From positions 4,064,001 through 4,128,000 of the forward strand of contig CBDCDC010000002.1 in assembly GCA_965215195.1 (NCBI GenBank): a stretch of 64,000 nucleotides of DNA, read 5' to 3'. The notes below the pieces were generated by a model. That model was given only the letters and a program-made list of their open reading frames with translations. It was not told the origin of the DNA and made no database searches. This stretch comes from Candidatus Latescibacterota bacterium (GTDB lineage Bacteria; Latescibacterota; UBA2968; UBA8231). Below are positions 1 to 9,916 of the stretch, piece after piece; position 1 is the stretch's first letter, and the number at the start of each line of letters is the position of its first letter. The translations under genes and the position numbers were made by a program.

Positions 1-1431
1 CAGCGCCGCATCCACTTGGCCCGTCTGTTCGTATGCCTCCCCGAGCGCGTAGTGGGCCTTCGCGCTGGTGGCGTCCAACCTCGCCACGGCCTCAAACACC
101 GCGATCGCCCGGTCGTAGGCCTGCTGGCGGAGGTAGTACTGTCCGAGGCTCAGGCGGGAATCAACCCAATCCGGTCGGTGGCGGATCGCTGCTTTGTAGG
201 ACTGCTCGGCCTCGCCTAGGCGTCCCTGAAGCAGCCCCAAGTTGCCCAAGGCATGGTGCCCCTTGGCATAGGTCGTGTCCACTTCTAGAGCCTGCTCAAA
301 GGACCGACGAGCTTGGTTCAGGTGCCCTCTCCTAGCCGCCACATAACCGATGGTGAAGTGGGCCTCGCAGGCCTCGCGCTGATCCGGGGCCCGGGCGATC
401 ACTTGGCGGGCCAGCGCCAGCGCCTCGTCTAGGTTCTGTTGGTTCAGGTGGGCATGGCTCAATCCCGAGAGGGCCCCGACATGTCCGGGCTGGTGCTTTA
501 GGACCGCCCGGTACATTCCGCTGGCCTGCTCCCACCGGCCGAGCTCGCCGTAGAAGCGCCCCGCCGCCAGATAGGAGTTTAGGTCGCCGCCGGCCTGATT
601 CACCTGTTTTTCTAGAGCTCGCACTTGGGCGGCCCGCCGGTTCAGCTCGGAAAAGCGGTTGAGCAGTATCTGGGCTTGCTCCACGCGCCCTTGGGCGGAG
701 TAGAGATTGGCTAGGCTGTAGTGCGCCTCGGGATAGGCCGGGTCGATCTCGAGAGCCCAGCGCAGCATTCCCTCGGCCTCCTCGTAGTGCTCCGCGTAAG
801 TGTAGAACACCCCGAGTTCCCGGTGGGCTTCCTTGTTGCCGGGATCGAATCTGACAGCGCGCGTCAACAGGTCCTCGGATTCTGCCAAGCGCCCCTGCAG
901 CCGGAGGAGCCGGCCGAGGGTCCACAGTGCCTCAGCATCGGCCGAATCGGCCGCCACGGCCCGCACTAGGGCCTCCTCGGCCCGGTCGTACGCCCCTTGC
1001 TCTTGGTGCAGACCGGCCAGAAGACGGTACGAAGGAGCTGTGCCCGGATCGATGCGCACGGCCTCTTCGAGCAGGGCGACCGCCTCCCGGTGGCGTCCCG
1101 CCTCTCCGTAGGCCACGGCCAGATTGTGGTAGGCCAGAACGAGGCGCGAATCTAGGCGAATGGCGGCCAGATACGCGGTCTCAGCCGAATCCCTGTGGCC
1201 CAGTTTCATGTAGGCCGTGGCCAGATGGCAGTGGGCTTCCGCGGAAAGGGAGTCTAGGGCCACTGCCTGCTGATACGCAGCCAGTGCGTCTCGGTACCGG
1301 GCTTGGCGGAAATAGGTGTGCCCTCTCTCCGGGCCCGGTGCTGGCGATTCGGGTGCTTGGCACGCGCCCAGCCCGATCGTCATCAGGGCAGCGGCGGTGC
1401 GGCCGAACAGAACTGCGTACGTCGAATGCAT
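1..1431 (-). CDS. TPR-repeat lipoprotein, 3' end runs off the window
   Basis: Not in ORF track. Manual translation from ATG 1431 (GGAGG upstream): MHSTYAVLFGRTAAALMTIGLGAC (lipobox) then TPR motifs YRDALAAYQQAVALD...AHCHLATAYMKLG. The same frame at the window edge reads AYDRAIAVFEAVARLDATSAKAHYALGEAYEQTG. Confidence 0.85.
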   Translation of the reverse strand, partial: MHSTYAVLFGRTAAALMTIGLGACQAPESPAPGPERGHTYFRQARYRDALAAYQQAVALDSLSAEAHCHLATAYMKLGHRDSAETAYLAAIRLDSRLVLAYHNLAVAYGEAGRHREAVALLEEAVRIDPGTAPSYRLLAGLHQEQGAYDRAEEALVRAVAADSADAEALWTLGRLLRLQGRLAESEDLLTRAVRFDPGNKEAHRELGVFYTYAEHYEEAEGMLRWALEIDPAYPEAHYSLANLYSAQGRVEQAQILLNRFSELNRRAAQVRALEKQVNQAGGDLNSYLAAGRFYGELGRWEQASGMYRAVLKHQPGHVGALSGLSHAHLNQQNLDEALALARQVIARAPDQREACEAHFTIGYVAARRGHLNQARRSFEQALEVDTTYAKGHHALGNLGLLQGRLGEAEQSYKAAIRHRPDWVDSRLSLGQYYLRQQAYDRAIAVFEAVARLDATSAKAHYALGEAYEQTGQVDAAL

Positions 1432-1564
1432 CGCGCAGTCCTCCGTTGAGTCGCGGGGTTGAGCGGGGGCGACGCGGCGAATATAGCCATCGGTATCGGC
1501 CCCAACAACGCTCAAACCGGACCTCTCTTTCCGTAAAAGGTCTCCGCAGGGAGACGCTATACTT

Positions 1565-3451
1565 TCACCACGGCGGGGCCAGACTCGGCTCGTGGACAAA
1601 GCGCTTCATGCCCAGCACGAGTCGGGCTTGGGTGCGCGGCGGCAGCGCCAGCGCGAACGTCTTGCCGCTCACCGGAACGCGCTGGGACGCCCCAGCGACC
1701 TCAACCTCGGTGAACTCGTGTTCTCCCATGCCCCCGGCTTGGATCAGCACCTCCCGGCGCTCGGTTGGGCTTACGTTCACCACGGTCAGTTCGGCCCGGT
1801 CGTCGCTCAGCCCCGACACCAGCGCGGCCACGTCGGGCGGAAGCCCCGGACGACGGCGCTGGCAGTCAAAGTGACGCAGTCTCGTGACCAGCAGGCCCCC
1901 ATTGTAGTGCGGCAGAGGAGCCCCCATGGTGAGCTGCACCAAGCCTTCACAAGTAACAGGATTCCGCTGCTGGAAATAGGCGTCGCCATAGCTGGCCGGG
2001 TCTTGGTCGTCTTGCGCCATGAAGCCGAGGCGCGCCTGCACTTGGCCCAGATTGTGTTGCAGGATCCGCTCTGGATACTCGGGGAACTCGCCGTGCAGGT
2101 AGGCCATCCAGCCCCAGTCGTGCCCGCCCTGATCCTTGGTGTGGTGCCACGAGTTGATGGCAAACGGATCACCCGACCGCTTGCGGGTCTGCTCGAATCG
2201 CCGCGAATCGGACCGGGCCATCGACATGCACCACAGATGGGCGATGTCGGACGGGTACATAGGCATGAACTCGAACCAGCCGTCCTTCTGCAGGGCGGTG
2301 CCGTCCTCCTGCCGGATCGGGTCGTACAGCCACGGGCCCGGCTCGTAGGCGACCCGCCCGGGATCATCGTACTTGTGGGGCACGTAGAGCTGATCGCCGC
2401 GCTCGATCCCGCGGGAAATGAGGACGTCGATCTGCGAGCGCGGAAAGTCCATGTATTCCAGTCGGCGCGTCAGCAGGGCGCAGTTCTGGGCTGCGACCCC
2501 CACGGCCTGCCCCACGCTGTGCCAACCGTGGGGCCAAGCCCAGCCGTAGCTCGACCCATACCACTTGCCGTTGATGTGTTCGCCCACGACACCGGAGAGG
2601 CCGACGTTGTCGGGCACGATGCCGCCGTTGGCGTCGGTGCGCTCCATCCAGGCCTCGGTGTATTCGAGGACCCAGTCGCGGTACTTCCCGTCCGCCGTCA
2701 GCAAATAGGCGTTGGCCCCGAGGGTGGTCGCGAGGAGGTTGACCACGGCGTCGCCGCGGCCCATGCGATCGCGCATGGCTTGGCCCAGCCGCTCGGCCAA
2801 CTCGGGACTACCGCGCACCACCTCGTGATTGGTGCATCCCGGCACGTCGTAGAAGGGCAGGTTGTACCCCTCATAGGGCCAATGCGGACCTTCTGCGAAA
2901 GCCCAGTAGGCCGGCCCCTTGCTGCCGTTTCTCGCGCACCGGATGATCCGGTGTTCCGGGTCGTAGTTGGGTGCCTCCGGATCCGCACCGAGGAACAGCC
3001 CGGCGAAGCGCCGGGCCCGCTCGATGTTGGCCCCATTGGTCGGATCGGCCATGCAGAGCATGTAGAACAGGTAGTTGCCCTCGCCTTGGTGGAACCAGTC
3101 GTAGCCCGGCTGGTACTCCCGCACCACCATGGGGTAGCCGTGTCCCGTGCCATGCTGGCTCATCTGCTCATTGATGGCATCGAATTCCCGCTGGGCGGCG
3201 GCTAAAAACCGGTCGCTGCCGCCGAGGAGGTAGAAGAGAGGCCAGTTGTGGAAGCTCTCGTAGCAGTCATCCAGCGCGTCAATGCTCTCGAAGTTGGGAC
3301 TCGGCGGCCAGAGCAGGCGCCCATCCGAATGGGTGTATTTCTCAAGCGCCTGCGGAGCGGCGTCCTCAATTGCGTCGAATAGCTGGCGCTGAAGCAAAGC
3401 CCACTTCGGTGGTGTCTGGGCCGATTCGCACGTCTCTAGGGAGACTGCCAT
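1565..3451 (-). CDS. Conserved hypothetical protein (Trp/Tyr-rich, possible alpha/alpha-barrel enzyme)
   Basis: Long ORF with natural composition (DDCYESFHNWPLFYLLGG, YDWFHQGEG); ATG 3451 preferred; co-oriented with neighbours. Confidence 0.75.
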   Translation of the reverse strand: MAVSLETCESAQTPPKWALLQRQLFDAIEDAAPQALEKYTHSDGRLLWPPSPNFESIDALDDCYESFHNWPLFYLLGGSDRFLAAAQREFDAINEQMSQHGTGHGYPMVVREYQPGYDWFHQGEGNYLFYMLCMADPTNGANIERARRFAGLFLGADPEAPNYDPEHRIIRCARNGSKGPAYWAFAEGPHWPYEGYNLPFYDVPGCTNHEVVRGSPELAERLGQAMRDRMGRGDAVVNLLATTLGANAYLLTADGKYRDWVLEYTEAWMERTDANGGIVPDNVGLSGVVGEHINGKWYGSSYGWAWPHGWHSVGQAVGVAAQNCALLTRRLEYMDFPRSQIDVLISRGIERGDQLYVPHKYDDPGRVAYEPGPWLYDPIRQEDGTALQKDGWFEFMPMYPSDIAHLWCMSMARSDSRRFEQTRKRSGDPFAINSWHHTKDQGGHDWGWMAYLHGEFPEYPERILQHNLGQVQARLGFMAQDDQDPASYGDAYFQQRNPVTCEGLVQLTMGAPLPHYNGGLLVTRLRHFDCQRRRPGLPPDVAALVSGLSDDRAELTVVNVSPTERREVLIQAGGMGEHEFTEVEVAGASQRVPVSGKTFALALPPRTQARLVLGMKRFVHEPSLAPPW

Positions 3452-3491
3452 GGTCTTTCGCCTTCCGTTTTGGGCTGATAGCACTCGATGA

Positions 3492-5243
3492 TCATGGCTT
3501 CTTAGGGGCCGGGCCCACCTTGCCCTCGACCAGCGCGACGAACCGATCGGGTCTCAGACCCGCTAGGTGCTCAACCGCGCCGCTGGGCCAGCGGATCCGC
3601 ACCGAGTCGACCTGCGTCCGGGCCCCCAGCCCGAAGCTCACCCGCATGTCTCGCTGCGACAGATAGCTGAAGCTGCCCCGGACCTCCTGCACTTGGTAGA
3701 GGTCGCCCGCCCACACCTCAATCCGTGCCCCGATGCCGTCCCGGTTACTCGGTCCGCCCCGGGTGGAGAGGGTGAGCCAGTGGCGCGAATTCCCTCCCTC
3801 GTTCCTCAGCAGGGCGGGCGACTGCTCGCTGTTGGTGACCACGATGTCCGCGTCGCCGTCGTTATCGTAATCGCCCACCGCGCAGCCGCGGCTGACCCGC
3901 GCCCGCGTTAGGGCCACCCCCGCTTGGGAAGAGATGTCCCGGAACCGGTACTGGCCGCGGACATCGGGTCCTTGGTTCTGCAGCAGCAGGTTCGGCTGGG
4001 CGTAGCTACTCGACTCGTGGAACGCTGAGGTATTGTCGAGCACGTGGCCATTGGCCACGAATAGGTCTTGGTCTCCGTCGTTGTCGTAGTCGATGAAGCC
4101 GATGCCGAACGAAAGGTAGGGCAGGCTGACCAGACCGATACCTGCGGGGTACGAGGCGTGCGGAAAAAACCCGGTGCCCCGGTTCTGGTACAGGCTAATA
4201 GGCTCGTTCTCAAAATTAGTGACCGCTAAGTCCATGTCGCCATCGTTGTCGTAGTCGGCCGCATCAACCCCCATGCCCGCCTCCTGTTGGCCGTCTTGGC
4301 CGTAGGCCACGCCGGCCAGCCCGCCGAGCTCGGTGAAGCGCCCGTCGCCCTCGTTGTGGTAGAGGAAGTTGGGCACGGCGTCATTGGCCACATAGAGGTC
4401 CATGTCGCCGTCGTTGTCGTAGTCGGTGGCCACCACGCCCAGCCCCCGTCCGGCCGCGGCTGAGGTGTCCACCAGCCCGGCCAGCCGATTCACGGCGCGA
4501 AAACGCCCGTCGCCCTCGTTGCGAAATAGGTGGTCCTCGGCACCGGCGAAGTTCCGCGGATGGGGGTACGCCTCGATGCCTTCTGCGGGGGCGCGCTGAG
4601 GCGTGGCTAGGTAGGCTTCCAGATCTTTCTCGGCGTAGGATAGATCGTAGTGGACGTAGTTGGCCACGTACAGGTCGAGGTCTCCGTCGTTGTCGTAGTC
4701 GGTGAAGGTGCTGCCCATGCTCCAGATGGTGTCTCCCACCGCGGCTTGGTCCGTGACATCGCGGTATCGCCCATCGCCCTCGTTGCGGTACATGACGTTG
4801 GCGCCGTAGTTGGTCAGGTATAGGTCCGCGTCGCCGTCGTTGTCATAGTCGGCAAACGCGCATCCCATGCCATAGCCCGGGTCGTCCACCCCAGCGTCCC
4901 GCGCCACCTCCACAAAGCGGCCGCCCTCGTTGCGAAACAGCGCATTGACTGGATCCGGCGAGCCTGTGTAGCCTCGGAATGCAGCGCCGTTGACGAAGTA
5001 TAGGTCTAGGTCTTGGTCGCCGTCGAAGTCGATGAAACCAACCCCGGAGCCCATGGTCTCGGGGAAGTACCGCCGACCGCTCGCCCCGGTGACGTGCTGG
5101 AATTTGACCCCGACCTGCTCGGCCACATCGACGTACTCTATCGCGGGAAGAGGAGCGGGTTGAGCGGTCCAGCCAGCGGGCGGCCCCAGACATAGCGCGG
5201 CCACTATCCCCGCGTCGCTCAGGGCAGCGAGTGGTCGGCGCAC
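3492..5243 (-). CDS. CRTAC1 family protein (FG-GAP repeats + ASPIC/UnbV domain)
   Basis: Repeated DYDNDGDxDL motifs; C-terminal SNRDGIGARIEV...GSFSYLSQ...FGLG...IRWPSG; N-terminal signal-like segment. Confidence 0.92.
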   Translation of the reverse strand: MRRPLAALSDAGIVAALCLGPPAGWTAQPAPLPAIEYVDVAEQVGVKFQHVTGASGRRYFPETMGSGVGFIDFDGDQDLDLYFVNGAAFRGYTGSPDPVNALFRNEGGRFVEVARDAGVDDPGYGMGCAFADYDNDGDADLYLTNYGANVMYRNEGDGRYRDVTDQAAVGDTIWSMGSTFTDYDNDGDLDLYVANYVHYDLSYAEKDLEAYLATPQRAPAEGIEAYPHPRNFAGAEDHLFRNEGDGRFRAVNRLAGLVDTSAAAGRGLGVVATDYDNDGDMDLYVANDAVPNFLYHNEGDGRFTELGGLAGVAYGQDGQQEAGMGVDAADYDNDGDMDLAVTNFENEPISLYQNRGTGFFPHASYPAGIGLVSLPYLSFGIGFIDYDNDGDQDLFVANGHVLDNTSAFHESSSYAQPNLLLQNQGPDVRGQYRFRDISSQAGVALTRARVSRGCAVGDYDNDGDADIVVTNSEQSPALLRNEGGNSRHWLTLSTRGGPSNRDGIGARIEVWAGDLYQVQEVRGSFSYLSQRDMRVSFGLGARTQVDSVRIRWPSGAVEHLAGLRPDRFVALVEGKVGPAPKKP

Positions 5244-5416
5244 GGGACGCCATCCTTCTTGCCGAAAGGCTGCTCAACCGGTCCCTCCTCTGCAAATCTC
5301 CCTGTACTCATCCTTCACCAGCCCGATTTGATTGGGCGGGATTTCCTCGAATCCTGTTGCCCGACTCGGGGCATCCTCTTTGAGAACGGCTGTTCCGCTG
5401 CCGTGCCAGCGCAGTC

Positions 5417-6505
5417 TTACTCGGCCAATCCCCGCTCGACCTTCCGCTCAAAGTCGCGCATTTCATCCACCCCGTCTAACACGCCGATTTCCATGTTGAA
5501 CTCGCGCACCTCGTCCGGCTCAATGTACTGCAAGGTCCCGTGCTTGCGGTTCCAAGCGCGGCCGAGCACCGAGCAGTTGCCCGGCTCAATGCCGGTGACA
5601 TACGTGCCCTTGTGGAAGTGCTGCCAGTGGTTGACGATGGGAATCTCGCTGTGCTTGAACCTCCAATACAATCCCAAGCCGAGCTCGTCGTTGAGGAGGC
5701 CGAGGTGGACGCGCCCTTGGCGGTCGGTGCGGGGCCGATGCACGTACACATCGTCGTGGGCGTGCGGTTGCGGTCCTTTGGCTATGGCGTAGTCCTGCGG
5801 GCCGACGGGCCGGTCGGCGGTCCACTCGGTGCTCTCGCGGCTGTGGAGGACGAGGCGGGCCCCTGCGTCGAGCAGGGGGAAGCCGGGGTTGCAGTGGTAC
5901 ACGAACATGAGCGGCGAGCGGTCGGCCGCGAGGTTTTCGACGCGGTCGCGGATGAAGATGCGCCGCTCCCCGAGCACGGTCGAGATCTCGCGCGACAGCT
6001 CTAAGTTCTCGGCAAAGACCTCGGCTTGGCGCATTTGGCCGCGGATGCGCACGACGTAGTCCGCGCCCTCCCAGCCCACCTCAATGCCGACGTTCTTCGC
6101 CGGTATGTACGAAAGGCGGCCGTGCAGGGGCATTTCGGCGTTTTCCTCTTCGGGATCGACTTCTGGGTGGCCGACAAAGTCGAGTCCGCAAGAGGTGACT
6201 AGCCCGCCGAACCAGCCGCGCCCCCATTTGAAGCCCTCTGGCTCGTAGAACGCCGGCCCGACGTCGCCGGGGCCGGAGCGGAAGCACAGCGACTGGCCCT
6301 TGTAGTGGGCCGAGGCAATGTCGAGGGCGCGGCCGGGCAAGACGGAAAACCCCAAGCCCGAAGCGTTGAACACGTCGATGAGGTCGGCGCCGCGCTCAAA
6401 GCCTTCGCGGCGCTCGGCGCGGCGGGCGTACATGAGCTGGCTGATGTCGCCGACGCGGTTGAGAAGCTGGCGGCGGGTGAAGTTGCGGCCAAAGAGCTTG
6501 GGCAT
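5417..6505 (-). CDS. Aldose 1-epimerase family protein (DUF4432-like)
   Basis: GFSVLPGRALDI, GGLVTSCG, PLHGRLS, MFVYHCNPG, YVTGIEPG motifs. Confidence 0.85.
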   Translation of the reverse strand: MPKLFGRNFTRRQLLNRVGDISQLMYARRAERREGFERGADLIDVFNASGLGFSVLPGRALDIASAHYKGQSLCFRSGPGDVGPAFYEPEGFKWGRGWFGGLVTSCGLDFVGHPEVDPEEENAEMPLHGRLSYIPAKNVGIEVGWEGADYVVRIRGQMRQAEVFAENLELSREISTVLGERRIFIRDRVENLAADRSPLMFVYHCNPGFPLLDAGARLVLHSRESTEWTADRPVGPQDYAIAKGPQPHAHDDVYVHRPRTDRQGRVHLGLLNDELGLGLYWRFKHSEIPIVNHWQHFHKGTYVTGIEPGNCSVLGRAWNRKHGTLQYIEPDEVREFNMEIGVLDGVDEMRDFERKVERGLAE

Positions 6506-6634
6506 GAGAAATCTCCTGTGTGGATGCGAAAACCCTTGTAGGGGTTTGGGTTTGTCAATATAAGATATAGGGCCAAACGAGCGAATGGCTTTTCTCGGTC
6601 AACCCGAACCCATTGCGGAAGGAGTACAGCAGGC

Positions 6635-7546
6635 ATGGCTTTTTCAACAGCGGTTCAGCTCGAAGACGTGTGGAAGCGCTTCGGCGCGGTCGAGGCGGTG
6701 CGCGGGGTGTCGCTGGGCGTACCCGCCGGATGTATCTACGGGCTGTTGGGTCCCAACGGCGCGGGTAAGACGACCCTTATCCGCATGATGATGAGCATCT
6801 TCTTCCCCGACTCCGGGCGCATCGGCCTGCTGGATGGGCAAAAGGCCCTCGCGGTCAAGGACCAGCTCGGCTATCTGCCCGAGGAAAAGGGCCTGTACAA
6901 GAAGATGAAGGTCGCCGAGCTGATGATCTATTTCGCGCGGCTCAAGGGGGTTGCGGCCGATGCGGCCCAGCGGCGGGCCGGCGAGTTGTTGCAGCGCTAT
7001 GGCCTCGGTGCCTATCGGGATCGGCGCTGCGAGGTGCTTTCCAAGGGCATGGAGCAAAAGGTGCAATTGCTCGCGGCGCTGATTCACGAGCCTGAGCTAG
7101 TCATTCTCGACGAGCCTTTTTCCGGGCTGGACCCGGTCAACCGCGATGTAATGCGGGACGTCATCTTGCAGATGCGCCGCGACGGCAAGACAGTGATCTT
7201 CTCGACCCACCTCATGGAGCAGGCCGAGCAGCTATGCGACTTTGTCGCGCTGATCAACAAGGGGCAAAAGGTCGTCGATGGCCCGTTGGGCCAAGTGCTC
7301 GCCAGCGGAGGGCGCGCGGCCGTGCTCGACTACGACGGCGATGGGCGTCTACTGCGCGATCTGCCGGGCGTTATGCGGGTCAACGACTCGGGCAAGCGGG
7401 CCGAGCTCTTTCTGGCCGAGGACGCGGATTCGCAAGCGATATTGGCCGCGCTCTTATACAAGGTGCAGATACGGGGTTTCGCCCTGCGCACGGCCTCTTT
7501 GCACGAGATCTTCATCCGCGCCATAGGGGAGGCCGACGATGCGTAA
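6635..7546 (+). CDS. ABC transporter ATP-binding protein (NatA/YhaQ-like)
   Basis: Walker A GPNGAGKTT, signature LSKGMEQ, Walker B ILDEPFSGLD, H-loop STH. Confidence 0.93.
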   Translation: MAFSTAVQLEDVWKRFGAVEAVRGVSLGVPAGCIYGLLGPNGAGKTTLIRMMMSIFFPDSGRIGLLDGQKALAVKDQLGYLPEEKGLYKKMKVAELMIYFARLKGVAADAAQRRAGELLQRYGLGAYRDRRCEVLSKGMEQKVQLLAALIHEPELVILDEPFSGLDPVNRDVMRDVILQMRRDGKTVIFSTHLMEQAEQLCDFVALINKGQKVVDGPLGQVLASGGRAAVLDYDGDGRLLRDLPGVMRVNDSGKRAELFLAEDADSQAILAALLYKVQIRGFALRTASLHEIFIRAIGEADDA

Positions 7547-9056
7547 GGTTGCTTTAGTTGCGCGGCGCGAATACATAGAGCACGTCCGCACCAAGGGGTT
7601 TTGGATCGGCGTCTTGGCCTTCCCGCTCATCCTCGCGTTGAGCGTTGTGGTGCCCCTTCTATTGAGCGAGACCAAACAGGCGCGCACCTATGCCGTGATC
7701 GACCATTCGGGTTTTGTGCTACGGGAGGTGGAAAAGGGCATTTTGGCCGAGGATCTAGGCATGGTGCTGCGGGACGCGGCAGAGCGCTACCGCGACGGCG
7801 GTCGGGCTTGGGAGCGCTCGCCGGATGCGGTGCGGGCCGCCGCAAAGGTCTATGTGAGCTTGGCGGAAGCGGAGCGGCCGGCGCTGATCGAGGACCTCGC
7901 TGCGGGCAGAGGTGAGGTCGCGGCCGGCCTCGTCGAGTGGTGGCAGCAGGTGTCGGCTGAAGATCTGGAGGCCCTCGGCTTGGAGCTCTCGCGCAGCCGC
8001 TACGTCCGGGTGGAGGTCGGCGATGATCCGCCAGCCGCACTCAATCGCATGGTGAACGAAGGATCACTCTTTGCCTACTTCGTCATCGCCTCAGATCCAG
8101 TCGCCAGCGACGAGGGGTGCAAATACATCTCTTTGAACCTGACCGACCGGGACTTGCGCCATTGGTTTGCAGACCGGGTGTTCCAAGTGGTGCGAGCGCG
8201 GCGCATTGAACAGGCGGGCCTCGACGCGGAAACGAGCTACTGGTTGCAGACCCCAGTGCATTTCGCGGAACGCAAGGTCGATAAGCGCGGCGGAGAGGCT
8301 GAAGTTTCCACAGTCGACAGAGTCCAGCAGTGGGCCGTCATACCGTTCGTTTATCTATTGTGGATGGCGGTATTTATCAACGCGCAGACGCTTATGACCA
8401 ATACCGTAGAGGAGAAGTCGTCGCGCCTCATCGAAGTGCTGCTGTCCGCGCTTTCGCCCTTTGAGCTGATGGCCGGCAAAATCGCCGGCACAGCCGCGGT
8501 TGGGCTGACCTTGGTCTTTACCTGGGTTGCGTGCGTCGCAGTGGGGGTGGTAATCGCGCCGGCCGCGTTGGGGGACGATGTGGCTTCCATCGTCGGCATT
8601 GCCAGCACTCCTCTGTACTTGTTGTCCTTTGTCTTTTACTTCTTGGCTGGCTTTCTGCTGTACGCCTGCTTGCTGGTGGGGGCCGGCTCGCTGTGCAACA
8701 GCTTAAAAGACGCGCAGAGCCTGATGTTGCCGCTCCTCGTACCGCTGATAGTGCCGTTGCTTATGATGGTCCCCATCACCCAAGATCCCAACGGCACCTT
8801 GGCGCGGGTTGTGTCCTACATACCGCTCTTTACCCCTTTTGTCATGATGAATCGGGCCGCTGGCTCACCGCCGCTGTGGGAGTATTTGGCCACCACAGTG
8901 CTGCTTCTTTTGTCCATCTACTTCGCGGTGCGGGGGGCGAGCAAGGTCTTCCGCACCGGCATCTTGATGACGGGCAAGCCGCCGCGCTTGGGAGAGGTCA
9001 TGCGCTGGTTGACGACCAAAGAAGACATCAGCCCAGCGGAGCGCGAAGCGGGCTGA
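7539..9056 (+). CDS. ABC-2 type permease (NatB/YhaP-like)
   Basis: Overlaps the ATPase; N-terminal TM, large extracytoplasmic domain, EEKSSRLIEVLLS motif, several C-terminal TMs. Confidence 0.9.
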   Translation: MRKVALVARREYIEHVRTKGFWIGVLAFPLILALSVVVPLLLSETKQARTYAVIDHSGFVLREVEKGILAEDLGMVLRDAAERYRDGGRAWERSPDAVRAAAKVYVSLAEAERPALIEDLAAGRGEVAAGLVEWWQQVSAEDLEALGLELSRSRYVRVEVGDDPPAALNRMVNEGSLFAYFVIASDPVASDEGCKYISLNLTDRDLRHWFADRVFQVVRARRIEQAGLDAETSYWLQTPVHFAERKVDKRGGEAEVSTVDRVQQWAVIPFVYLLWMAVFINAQTLMTNTVEEKSSRLIEVLLSALSPFELMAGKIAGTAAVGLTLVFTWVACVAVGVVIAPAALGDDVASIVGIASTPLYLLSFVFYFLAGFLLYACLLVGAGSLCNSLKDAQSLMLPLLVPLIVPLLMMVPITQDPNGTLARVVSYIPLFTPFVMMNRAAGSPPLWEYLATTVLLLLSIYFAVRGASKVFRTGILMTGKPPRLGEVMRWLTTKEDISPAEREAG

Positions 9057-9057
9057 G

Positions 9058-9900
9058 TCAGTTGAGCGGGATCAGGCGATTGGCAAGAACGCGGATGTTG
9101 TGCTCAATGGTGGGGGCGTCCGGGGCGTCGCCGGCCCAGCGGAGGTACGCGCTAAAGGCCTCAATGGCCTTGAGGTAATCGCAGGTGTGGTGGTAGAGGA
9201 AGCCGAGATCGCGGTAGTTTTCGGCTTCAGCCGGCTGTAGATACGCGATTTTCTCGGCCCAGCCAATGGCCGTGGGAAACTCGCGGGCTTGGCAGTGGAG
9301 GCGTTTGAGGTTGCGGAGCATGCGCGCTAAGATGTGCCGCGACGAGGCCGGCTCAATGAACTCGGCGGCCAATTCGAGTTGGCGTCCCTCAATGACCGGC
9401 AGCCGCTCGCCCAAGGACGCAGTATCGACAAAAGCGCCGTTGGCAAAGGGATCGACGAAGAGCGGCTCGTCGCCTTGGGTGCTGCGCACGAGGAAGTGAT
9501 GCGGAAAATTGACCCCTGCGAGGGGGAAGGACAGCCGCTTTCCTAACTCTATATAGACGACCGCCAAGGTGATGGGAATGCCGAGGCGGCGGTTGAGTAC
9601 CTCGTTGAGATAGCTGTTGCGGGGGTCGTCGTAGTGAGCGCGGTTGCCGCGGAAGCCGAGGTCGCCGAACACGTATTGGCTCAGGTTGGCCAGAGAGGCC
9701 GGCAGGGAATTGGCCGCGGCATAACGGGTGTAAAAGCCTTCGCTCAACTCGTCGAGCTGCTGTAGGTAGTGCTCGATATCGAGGTCGGGATAGGCTTGCA
9801 GGGCGATGAGCAAGGCACCGCGGGCGAGGTCGATCTCGTCGGAGGAGTCGTGCGCCTTTTGGACGAGCGCGAAAAAAGGATCGGAAGACCGCGGACGCAT
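9058..9900 (-). CDS. SirB1-like transglutaminase-like domain + TPR protein
   Basis: GFRGNRAHYDDPRNSYLNEVLNRRLGIPITL, GVNFPHHFL, ILARMLRNLK; ATG 9900 lies just after the desaturase stop. Confidence 0.88.
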   Translation of the reverse strand: MRPRSSDPFFALVQKAHDSSDEIDLARGALLIALQAYPDLDIEHYLQQLDELSEGFYTRYAAANSLPASLANLSQYVFGDLGFRGNRAHYDDPRNSYLNEVLNRRLGIPITLAVVYIELGKRLSFPLAGVNFPHHFLVRSTQGDEPLFVDPFANGAFVDTASLGERLPVIEGRQLELAAEFIEPASSRHILARMLRNLKRLHCQAREFPTAIGWAEKIAYLQPAEAENYRDLGFLYHHTCDYLKAIEAFSAYLRWAGDAPDAPTIEHNIRVLANRLIPLN

Positions 9901-9916
9901 GCCGACTGCGCCCCGC

